Assembly: GCA_010909165.1 (NCBI GenBank)
Contig: MU008169.1
Coordinates: 1,798,001-1,862,000, forward strand
DNA length: 64,000 nt
Reading direction: 5' to 3'
Source of the DNA: Anthoceros angustus
Lineage: Eukaryota > Plantae > Anthocerotophyta
Position 1 is the stretch's first letter, and every line of letters begins with the position of its first letter. A model generated the notes under the pieces. That model saw nothing but the letters and a program-made list of their open reading frames with translations, searched no databases and was not told the origin of the DNA. Positions 54,933 to 64,000 of the stretch are shown in pieces. The position numbers were made by a program, and so were the translations under genes.

Positions 54933-57411
54933 GAGAATATACGGGCCGCACGGTGGTGGGACCCGCAATGGTGGGACCCTCAGCGTTGGGATTCGCCTCG
55001 ATTGAGTGAAAATTTTCAACTCACAGTGACCGAGGCAAGTGAGCCGCGCGGCGCGGGCGGTGGAAGACAAGACATAATTACCACAATGGTAACTTGCGGT
55101 TTCTACATTACAAAAACAATTTTTGACTTTTCGACAAGGCGAGTCGAGTGTTTCATCATCGATTTTTGAATCATGATGTCTTCATCATCGAGCGTCATGT
55201 TCAATATCGAGAAGTTAGATGGTACTAACTTCCGTTGGAAAGAACAAGTGTATAATGTTCTAGTGCGAAAAAGCGGATCAAGCCCATAAAGTTGTTAGGC
55301 GTCAAACCAGATAGTATGACACAGGATGAGTGGCAGGACCTGGATGAGCTTGCTAGATCTACTATCATGCTAACATTGTCAAAAACAGTGTACTTCAATG
55401 TGAAAGATAAGACCACGAGTTACATGTGGCGGTATGTGACTGTATGAGAAGCAAAGTGCGGCTTCTCAGGTGTATTGGTTGAAACAGCTGGTGGACTTGA
55501 AGATGAAGGAAGGGACGAGGATGTCCGATCATCGAATGATTTCAATACCATTTTCAGCCTCTCATCTCAAGGTATCACATTCCCAGTTAGTGAGAGCTAT
55601 GTTTACATTGGTCACATTACGAGAGTTGGGACACCTTTTACAACTCGAGTAATTCGCTAGTGGTCTTACCATTGTAAATGTAGAAGGTAGCACATTGGCG
55701 AGGAGGTGAGCAGGAAAAATATGGAACCTTCAAAAGGTTCCGGTGCCCTCATAGTGAGAGGAGGTCCCTGCGAAGGGAAGCAACCGGACGAAGCTTTTCT
55801 CGTAGCAAATCTCGTAGTCGTAACAAGAATGTGGAGTGTCACTATTGTCACAAAGGGTCACTTCAAAAGAGAGTGCGAGAAGTTCAAAAGGACCAAGGAA
55901 AAGAGAAGCGGGCGAGGCCGCGAGCGGGCGGAGGCCGCGAGCGGGCGAGGCCGCGAGCGGGCGGAGGCCGCGAGCGGGCGGAGGCCGCGAGCGGGCGAGG
56001 CCGCGAGCGGGCGAGGCCGCGAGCGGGCGGAGGCCGCGGCGCGGCGCGCGGCGCGGCGGCGAGGCCGCGAGCGGGCGAGGCCGCGAGCGGGCGGAGGCCG
56101 CGAGCGGGCGGAGGCCGCGAGCGGGCGAGGCCGCGAGCGGGCGAGGCCGCGGCGCGGCGCGGCGCGCGGCGCGGCGCGCGGCGCGCGGCGCGGCGCGGCG
56201 CGGCGGCGAGGCCGCGAGCGGGCGAGGCCGCGAGCGGGCGAGGCCGCGAGCGGGCGGAGGCCGCGAGCGGGCGGAGGCCGCGAGCGGGCGGAGGCCGCGA
56301 GCGCCAAGGGAGAGAACCGTGGGCGCCAAGAACCTGTAATCAAGCTGGCGCTGACGCCAGCGGCGCATAAAATATTCGGCGAATACCGGTGAACAACAGG
56401 CGTAATACGGGCCGCACGGTGGTGGGACCCGCAATGGTGGGACCCTCAACGTTGGGATTCGCCTCGATTGAGTGAAAATTTTCAACTCCACAGTGACCCG
56501 CCGACAAGTGAGCCACACGCGGTGCATACGGGTGACGAAGACAAGACATAATTACCACAATGGTAACTTGCAGTTTCTACATTACAAAAACAATTTTTTG
56601 ACTTTTCTGAGAAGGCGAGTCGAGTGTTTCATCTGTATCGATTTTTGAATCATGATGTCTTCATCATCAGAAAACGTCATGTTTAATATCGAGAAGTTAG
56701 ATGGTACTAACTTCCCGTTCTAGAAAGAACAAGTGTATAATGTTCTAGTGCGTAAAAGCGATCAAGCCCATAAAGCTATTAGGCCAAACCGTATAGTATG
56801 ACACGGGATGAGTGGCGGGACTGGATGAGCTTGCTAGATCTACTATCATGCTAACATTGTCAAAAGCAGTGTACTTCAATGTGAAAGATAAGACCACAAG
56901 TTACGGTTATATCCTGTTCTTAACTTCTCGATCTCTCGATGTGTGACTGTATGAGAAGCAAAGTGCGGCTTCGTGTATAAAATGTGGACTTGAAGATGAA
57001 GGAAGGGACGAGGATGTCCGATCATCTAAATGATTTCAATACCATTTTCAGCCAGCTCTCATCTCAAGGTATCACATTCCCAAATTCCGTGAGAGCTATG
57101 TTTCTGTTGGTCACATTACAAGAGAGTTGGGACACCTTCACACCGAGTACCGCCTCGCTAGTGGTCTTACCATTGTAAATGTAGAAGGTAGCCTGTTAAC
57201 TGAGGAGGTGAACAGGAAAAATATGGAACCTTCCAAAGGTTCCAGTGCCCTCATAGTGAGAGGGAGGTCCCTGCGAAGGGAAGCAACCGGATGTAAGCTT
57301 TTCTCGTAGCAAATCTCGTAGTCGTAACAAGAATGTGGAGTGTCACTATTGTCACAAAAGGGTCACTTCAAAAGAGAGTGCGAAGTTCAAAAGGACCAAG
57401 GAAAAGAGAAG
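54841..57411 (+). repeat. Tandem duplication of the Copia leader plus gag (~1.5 kb period)
   Basis: GAGAACCGTGGGCGCCAAGAACCTG at 54841 and 56312. The gag copies end at AAGGAAAAGAGAAG (55908 and 57411); only the second continues into protease/integrase. Confidence 0.88.
55909..56303. repeat. GC minisatellite of 16/17-bp units CGAGCGGGCG(G)AGGCCG
   Basis: Many tandem copies interspersed with GGCGC runs; starts abruptly inside gag copy 1. Confidence 0.85.
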
Positions 57412-59722
57412 AAGACGACAAGAAGGCGACTTGAATCGAGTTGGAAGAGTTAAACTACATTGAGGGCGGAGATGTCCTTATCTCTTCTTACTTGAATCTT
57501 GCACAATTAACCGTGGATAGTCATTTATTACGCAATTGGATAATTGACTGTGCATCTTTCCATGTTACTCCTCATAGAGTGGTTTAGCACGTATGATGCT
57601 ACAAGGAAAGGATGTGTTAGGCTTGGAAATAACTATGCATGCGGATCGCGGGCGTTGGTGATGTCAACTCAAGTTTGACAACGGATCTTCATTCATCTTT
57701 GAAGGGCGTTAGGCATGTTCGAAGTTGACAAAAGCATGATTAGCGGGGACGGTTGGATGATCTTTGGTTACCTTCTTTGGTTTGGGGATCACTCTTGGAA
57801 GATCTCAAAGGTTCTCTTGTGTTAGCTTGTGGATCGAAGTGTGGCACTTTGTACTCACTTCAGGTAAACACTGTCAAAGATCATGTGATCATGTGAGCGA
57901 CCAAATGTTTCCTTGTGGCATTGCGGTTAGGACATATGTCTCGAGAAGGGAATGAAGGTTTTATCTCGTTACGGTTATATCCTGTTCTTAACTTCTCGAT
58001 CTCTCGATGTGTGAGCCTTTGTTTATATGGGAAGCAGACAAAATCATCACATCGAACAAGAGGTAAAGTAGGAGTAAACCTCTTGAGTTGGTTCACGGTG
58101 ATGTATGTGGACCTATGCCTCTGCATCATTAGGCGGTGCCTCTATTTTGTCACTTTCATAGATGATTTCTCACGCAAGGTGTGGGTTTATCCTTTGAGGA
58201 AAAAGGATGAAGTTACGGTGTTTGAAATTTGTCACCCTTGTAGAGAATCGATCGGCCACCGATTGAAGTGTCTAAGGGCGGATAATGGTGGAAGTATGTT
58301 TAGCTTTCGTCATTACATGATTCCAAGGAATCAAAAGAGAATTGATCATACGATACTCCTCCACAAAATGGTGTGGGCGGATGAGCAGAACCATTCGGAG
58401 AGGATCGTGGTTGTTGTCAAACTACGGATTGCCTAATGGGTTTTGGGCGAGCGGTGTCTGCAATTCATCTTATTAACAGATCTCCTAATAAAATTTGATG
58501 GCGAGTTCGGAGGAGCTATAGTGCGGAAAGAAACCATCCTACAAGCATCTGCGAGTGTTTGGTGTGAGGCATCTTGCCATGTTCCAAAAGAGTTTCGGGA
58601 CAAGTTGGCACCTAAGTCCAAGAAATGTATTTTTCTTGGCTATGGTGATTCTGGTGAGATGGGATACCGTTTGTGGGATCGAGGCTAGAAAGGTTGTTCG
58701 TACTAACGTGTTCTTCAATGAGAACAAGATGCACGGAAGCCTACTCCAAGCTGTGGAGGTGCGAAGGGTAATCTTCCAAGAAGATGGACATGATTATCAT
58801 GGGCAGATTATAGGAGCTTGTTCGACTCTTGGTTCATCACAGATGGAGGAATGTGCTCACGCACATTACCACGGTATGATCCACATTTGTTATGATCTTG
58901 ATGAGATTTCTCACCGAGTCAAAATGACAACTTTGCGATGTGTTCTTGCTTTGGTTGCGGAATGATATGGAACTTGCATGATGGATGTCAAGACGGCATT
59001 CTTGCATAGTGACCTTCAAGAGGAAGTCTACATGCAGCAACCAAAAGGTTTTGTTCAGAAGGGCAAAGAGAATCTGGTGTGCAGGTTATGGAAGAGCCTT
59101 TATGGTTTGCGACCTTGAGAGGTGGTATCACAAGTTCCACTCATTTATGCTTTCTCAAGGCTACAAGCGTGTGATGAGGATCATTACCTCTATCTGAAAC
59201 AAGCTAAGGATCAAAGCTTGCTCATTTTGATCCTCTATGTGGATGATATGCTAATTCTTTGGAAATAATCTTGATGAGATTTGTTGAAGTCAAAGTTGAA
59301 TGCTCACTTTGAAATGAGACTTGGGAGGCGAGCCATATACTTGGCATGCGTATTCGTCGGAACAGACATAAGCGTCTGCTTTATTTGTCTCAGACGGAAT
59401 ACATTAACAGGGTGCTTCAACGTTTCAACATGGAGAAGGGGAAACCATTGGGTACTCCATTGCCTCCATATGTGAAACTTTCAAGCGAGGATTGCCCAAG
59501 CTCTGAGGAGGACAAAGCTGAAATGGAGAAGGTCCCATACTCATCAGCTGTAGGGAGTTTGATGTATGCAATGATTGCTACACGTCTTGACATTGCCTTT
59601 GCACTGAGAGTGGTTATTAGGTTTATGTCAAACCCTGACAAGAAGCATTGGGAGGCAGTAAAAGGAGTTATGAGGTATCTGAATGGTACAAAAGCTTTGT
59701 GCATATGTTTTGGTAGTGAAGA

Positions 59723-59973
59723 TGTAAGGGTATTAAAGCCCAATGTACTTATACTTCTAAGTTAGGTGTTAGTTAAGTATCATTAGTTTAGCTGAAGCTA
59801 ATCACTATGAAGCTTCTTGTGCTCCTTCCTAGGGGCTTCTTGTGAAGCTTCCTAGGGAGCCCTGTTGGAGGGTATAAATACCCTCCAAGCCTCATCTCAA
59901 TGTGAGAGAGTTACTCTTGCCTCCTCCTCTCCTCTCCTCTTTCCACCATCATGGGCTGCCATACGATCCTTCA
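59723..59973 (+). mobile_element. Solo LTR of the same Copia family nested in the RT-RNase H linker, TSD GAAGA
   Basis: TGTAAGGG...ATCCTTCA is homologous to both flanking LTRs; GAAGA at 59718-59722 and 59974-59978. Excision restores CFGSEDACVVGYTDAD. Confidence 0.92.
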
Positions 59974-60418
59974 GAAGATGCATGTGTGGTTGGGTACACA
60001 GATGCTGATTATGCAGGGGATATGGACAAAAGGACGTCCACATTAGGTTATGTCTTCATATGCACTGGAGGGGCAGTCTCATGGCGATCTTGTTTGCAGT
60101 CGTGCATTACGCTATCTACCACAGAGGCCGAGTATGTTGCATCAAGGTTGAGCTACCAGTGTTGCATTGTGGCAGCCAGAGTGCTATCCAATTGGCAAAG
60201 AATCCAGTTTTTTTTTGCAAAGACTAAACATGTGGATGTGAAGTATCACTTCATTCGAGAGGTGTTGGATGACAAGAGGGTACAACTTGTCAAGGTTCAC
60301 ACCAGCCAGAACCCTGCAGATATTCTTACCAAGGGATTCTCTACGGAGCAATTTGCACAAGCTCGGACACTGATGGGCATGAGGTAGCCAATTCTTCTAC
60401 GAAGGTAAATTGGCCTTT

Positions 60419-60429
60419 AAGTGGGAGGT
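60419..60429 (+). promoter_or_regulatory. Polypurine tract of the Copia element
   Basis: AAGTGGGAGGT immediately before the TG of the 3' LTR. Confidence 0.75.
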
Positions 60430-60679
60430 TGTAAGGGTATTAAAGCCCAATGTACTTAGACTAATACGCTTAGTCTAAGTTAGGTATCATTAGTTTAGCT
60501 GAAGCTAATAACTAGGAAGCTTCTTGCGCTATTTCCTAAGGGCTTCTTGTGGAGCTTCCTAGGGAGCCCTGTTGGAGGGTATAAATACCCCCAGGGCCCT
60601 CATCTCAATGAGAGAGATACATTTGCTTCCTCCTCTCCTCTCCTCTTTCCACCATCATGGGCTGCCACACGATCCTTTA
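60430..60679 (+). repeat. 3' LTR of the Copia element
   Basis: TGTAAGGG...GATCCTTTA followed by TSD AACTC. Confidence 0.93.
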
Positions 60680-61869
60680 AACTCGTTCCTCACTTCGCTC
60701 ATCATGAATTCCACTTGCTCCACAGCCCGAACGCATTCTCGTTCTGGACGTTTACCCGGAATATCTCATCAAGAAGTCTAGCCCTCTTGGCTTACTTTAT
60801 CCGCGACAGTTCCATGCCCAATCTTTCAACCTCAAATTGAGAACACAGGACAAAGTGCTACTTTTACGAGGTACTCCGCATGAACCCCATAAGTGGGTTG
60901 AACAAAACGTATCCTTGCAGCCATCAATGAAGGATGGACAGTTTGCTCCTATATTTATGTCATCCCTCTTGGTGTTATGATTAATCCTTATCAAGAAAAC
61001 GACCATATTGGCCGTGTGCCACCATAGCCCATTCCCATCGCTCCTATCATCCTTCCATGCACCGAAAAAGGTCAGCATCTTGCTGCCACATAGTTGCCAC
61101 GATCCATTCCAACATGGCTGCAATGGTTGCGGGGCTCCTTCTTCTAAGACTTGTCGCCATTGCTAATCAACTGACTGCACGCTGGACCTAGTACATTTAA
61201 ACATCCAATTGGTCTCCAACGAAATTACGCCTAATCATGAAGCAGCACGAAAACGACAAGTGTCTGAGATGAGATATGAAATGCATCATGCATCGCCATG
61301 TCTAATGCCCAACCATACATGAGCGTGTGACTTGCAGTCCCCAGTTTTGTCTTAGTCGTGATCGAGCGAGCAATGCCCCATAAATTAACCAAAGGTGAGC
61401 ACATACTTCGTGCCTACCATCTACTACTTTGCATGAAGTACCTAGCTTGGTGCCATTACCTCCCTCCTCTTGTGCTGATCTACCCGATCATCTGCACACA
61501 GGCTGATGCTTTTGTCCAAGCCTCCTTGAACAACCAAGAGACCGACCAGAATCGAGCTCCAAGTCATCGGACCAGCACAGGCCTTCCAGAATAGACGTAG
61601 GCGAGACTTGGAGAGCATAAAACTATAGTTAGACTATAGTGGTTTGTGGGCATATTAAGGAATCTGTGTGCTCGATGAGTTGTGGAAGGTGATTCCGATG
61701 GGTGTTTTTTTGGTTTGTAAAAATTGGAGAGATCAAAAGGCCAACGGTATGACCCGCTCGAATGTGCGTTGCCTTGAATCCTCGTGTAAACAAATCAATG
61801 ATTGTAAAGGTGCATGGAATCACTCAAAGCAAGTCCGTTCGTCATTCTGGAGTTGAGTAGGGACAGGCT

Positions 61870-61914
61870 GGAGCAAAACACACCGGAGCACAACACACCG
61901 GAGCACAACGCAAC
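61870..61914. repeat. 15-bp tandem repeat x3
   Basis: GGAGCAAAACACACC GGAGCACAACACACC GGAGCACAACGCAAC. Confidence 0.8.
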
Positions 61915-62273
61915 ATACGAGAGGATAAGCTATGGTACCCCTCCCCCTAAAATCTCAAACGATTTTAAATGTCTTACTAATAAATCGATCACACGCAAGG
62001 GGATGGAACACTATCCTATCGATCCACAGCATCAAGTTAATAAAATAACGTTAATAAAATAACTAGGCACCGTACGCCATGGAGCATTTCGGCAAAAAAT
62101 AATTTTCCATTTATTAAAAATTGAAACTCTTCGGACCTTGATGCCCAACTTATGAAAAATAGTGGACCGATCGCTGATGAAAACAGAGAATTATAATCCT
62201 CAGTATAAGAGGTAGAGGGTTTTTCTGCATAACTTCTGTCAAACAAGTAGCTGGAGCCACTTTTCGCCACGGT

Positions 62274-62550
62274 GGGAAAGGCGGCCACAGAAGCCGACTT
62301 TGTTTACGGCAATTTCGCTCAAGCCCGGAACCTGGGCCTAGGCAAAACTTGGGGGCATGTATACTTTGAAATATTTATGTAAAGTCTCTAAATTCTCTAA
62401 AACCAAACTTCGGGAAAAGGCGGCTGCGGAAGCCAGCTTTTTTTTCGACGATTTCGCTCAAGCCCGGAGCCCGGGCCGGGGCAAAATTTCGGGCACCTGT
62501 ATACTTTGAAATATCTATATAAAATCTCCAAATTCTCTAAAACCCAGCTT
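62274..62550. repeat. Two diverged ~139-bp tandem units upstream of the PDF-PPR gene
   Basis: ATTTCGCTCAAGCCCGGA at 62312 and 62451; TGTATACTTTGAAATAT and AAATTCTCTAAAACC occur in both units. Confidence 0.8.
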
Positions 62551-62676
62551 TCGTGCCCGGAAGCCATGCAGGTAGGCGAGGGGAATGTCGGACCCCAAAA
62601 TTGCCCAATAGAAGAAACTCTTTGTGGAATCTGATCGTTTTCGTCGCCAGAAAAGTCCTTTAAGAGGTTCCTACGA

Positions 62677-64000
62677 ATGCTATCCACCGAAGGGGCACCG
62701 GTTTCTTCTCTTAAAAAAAAGGCTCGGGCCTGCACTATGCATAGGGTGCAACGAGCTAAACCTCCGCACATGCCAATGGCATGTGGGCCCTACATCACAT
62801 CATGCCATGATACATGTATGTTCACACATCCCCTCGCCGTTCGCACCTTGCAAGTCTTGCAGTTACTGCCTAGGCCGTCCCAGTTCTCGCTCCAGGCTCA
62901 CCAGGCGATGCGTCGGCGGGGACCATTGTGGACTCGACAAATTGGTGTATGTGCAAGGATTCTACGAGCTCCCGCTCAGCTCACTTCAGGGAGTGACCCC
63001 CCGGGCCGAGCAAACAGCCGAGCCTTCAGGTCGAGCAATGTCAGGAGCCCAGCATTTCCACTTCCGAGAAAATCTGTGGATTGGGATGCGCTATCCAGCG
63101 ATGGCCGTCGCCAGGAGCAGGAGCACTTGTGGCACCAATTTTTTCTGGACCCTACCATGTGGTGGGACAACAGACGGGCTAAGAAGAGCTCCCGATCGCC
63201 GGACTTCCGGCGTAAGGGGTCCGGCGAGGTGCTGTGGTTAAACAGGATCAAGCCAGCTTGGGTTGATGAGCAGCTCCTTTCCTTGGATATGCAGATGGGG
63301 CATGGTACCTCTCCTTCCGAGTCCAGGTTTCCGGATAAGGCTGAACCTGGCAGGCGGGGAGGATCGGGAATGGGCGTCGTTACGGCTGTAACAGTGAGCA
63401 CGTTGTGTCAGCAGGGGAGGCTTTCTGAGGCCGTTGGAGCCCTGGAATCTCTCGCGCAGACAGACTGTGCTATTTCTCAGTCTCTGTTTTGGACTGTGCT
63501 GAAACTGTGTACTGCGAAGAAGGATCTGGCTGTGGGGCGACGAGTTCATGATCTCACTGTCAAACTCGGGCATGAGTCGGATGCATACTTTGGGAACCTT
63601 ATCTTGCGCATGTATGCAAGGGGAGGTAGTCTGCAGGGGGCCATGGATGTGTTCTCCAGGGTGCGCAAACCTAATGTCTTCATGTGGTCTTCCATGATCT
63701 CTGCATATGCTAAGCATGGAAAACCTGACGAGGCCATACAACTGTACCATGAAATGCATTGGTCAGGAGTGAAGGCGGATGCTCACGTCTTTGTAGCTGC
63801 TCTCCAGGCTTGTGCATTTGCCGTTGACTTGGAATCTGGGAGAAAAGTGCACTGTGATGTGTTGCACAGTGGCATTCCTCCTGACTTGTTTGTTGGCACC
63901 TGCCTGGTGGACATGTATGCAAAATGTGGTGAACTGAAAGATGCACGCCGGGTTTTCGACAGCATGGTCACAAAGGATGTGGTAACATGGAACGCCCTGA
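62677..64000 (+). CDS. PLS-class PPR protein with an N-terminal OSB-type PDF motif; 3' truncated by the window edge
   Basis: Open frame from 62635 to the window end (in-frame ATGs 62677, 62737, 62770, 62818, 62908). Transit-peptide-like N-terminus; 63121-63276 EHLWHQFFLDPTMWWDNRRAKKSSRSPDFRRKGSGEVLWLNRIKPAWVDEQL; then L-S-P-L-S-P repeats (PNVFMWSSMISAYAKHG, CLVDMYAKCGELKDARRVFD, KDVVTWNAL). Confidence 0.9.
   Translation, partial: MLSTEGAPVSSLKKKARACTMHRVQRAKPPHMPMACGPYITSCHDTCMFTHPLAVRTLQVLQLLPRPSQFSLQAHQAMRRRGPLWTRQIGVCARILRAPAQLTSGSDPPGRANSRAFRSSNVRSPAFPLPRKSVDWDALSSDGRRQEQEHLWHQFFLDPTMWWDNRRAKKSSRSPDFRRKGSGEVLWLNRIKPAWVDEQLLSLDMQMGHGTSPSESRFPDKAEPGRRGGSGMGVVTAVTVSTLCQQGRLSEAVGALESLAQTDCAISQSLFWTVLKLCTAKKDLAVGRRVHDLTVKLGHESDAYFGNLILRMYARGGSLQGAMDVFSRVRKPNVFMWSSMISAYAKHGKPDEAIQLYHEMHWSGVKADAHVFVAALQACAFAVDLESGRKVHCDVLHSGIPPDLFVGTCLVDMYAKCGELKDARRVFDSMVTKDVVTWNAL

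Larger units (their letters stand above)
54062..60679 (+). mobile_element. Decayed Ty1/Copia LTR retrotransposon (Tnt1/Tork-like) with 5-bp TSD AACTC
   Basis: 250-bp LTRs at 54062-54311 and 60430-60679; AACTC at 54057-54061 and 60680-60684; PBS TAGTATCAGAGC; PPT; gag FNIEKLDGTNF and zinc knuckle ECHYCHKKGHFKREC; integrase YFVTFIDDFSRKVWVY; RT DVKTAF...YVDDML; RNase H GYTDADYAGD...STTEAEY, TKHVDVKYHFIRE. Many frameshifts. Confidence 0.96.

Noticed and set aside
54289-56558. Many long Arg/Ala/Pro-rich ORFs on both strands
   Set aside because: They are by-products of stop-free GC low-complexity tracts inside the Copia leader and have no protein-like features.
54396-62550. CRISPR-like arrays among the tandem repeats
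   Set aside because: Eukaryotic context; the repeats are contiguous with no unique spacers and there are no cas genes.
62624-63241. 205-aa ORF listed in the track
   Set aside because: Wrong frame; the real coding frame is the PDF-PPR frame that runs off the window end.

Overview
Gene-dense, GC-balanced eukaryotic nuclear DNA from a seedless land plant. Short GT-AG introns, TTTAGGG repeats, a DYW:WW-type PPR and a class III sirtuin make a hornwort (Anthoceros-like) the best guess; this is inference. About 16 protein-coding genes are supportable: PLS-E PPR, ERD2-related receptor, fungal-style C2H2 protein, NodGS/FluG, intronless LRR receptor kinase, PNISR, an unknown plastid protein, a divergent intronless MAPK-like kinase in an AT-rich island, a trihelix factor, UBLCP1, eRF3, PsbX, TL29/APX4, PRXIIF, a SKIP1-like F-box gene, a SIRT5-like sirtuin, and a second PPR that runs off the right edge. 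There is also a TIR DNA element and a decayed Copia element carrying a nested solo LTR. The most striking observation is the right-edge PPR (absent from the ORF track because it has no stop): it carries an OSB-type PDF ssDNA-binding motif in front of its PLS array. Other candidates are an LRR ectodomain on a WAKL-type kinase, a group-D MAPK derivative that has lost TxY, and a zinc-finger gene of a fungal-looking family. Caveat: three 0.9-1.5 kb tandem duplications, G/C-homopolymer frameshifts and GC-only tracts suggest an imperfectly polished long-read assembly, so these need read-level confirmation. Family assignments come from motif recognition, not database searches. The ORF track uses GTG/TTG starts, so starts here were moved to ATG.
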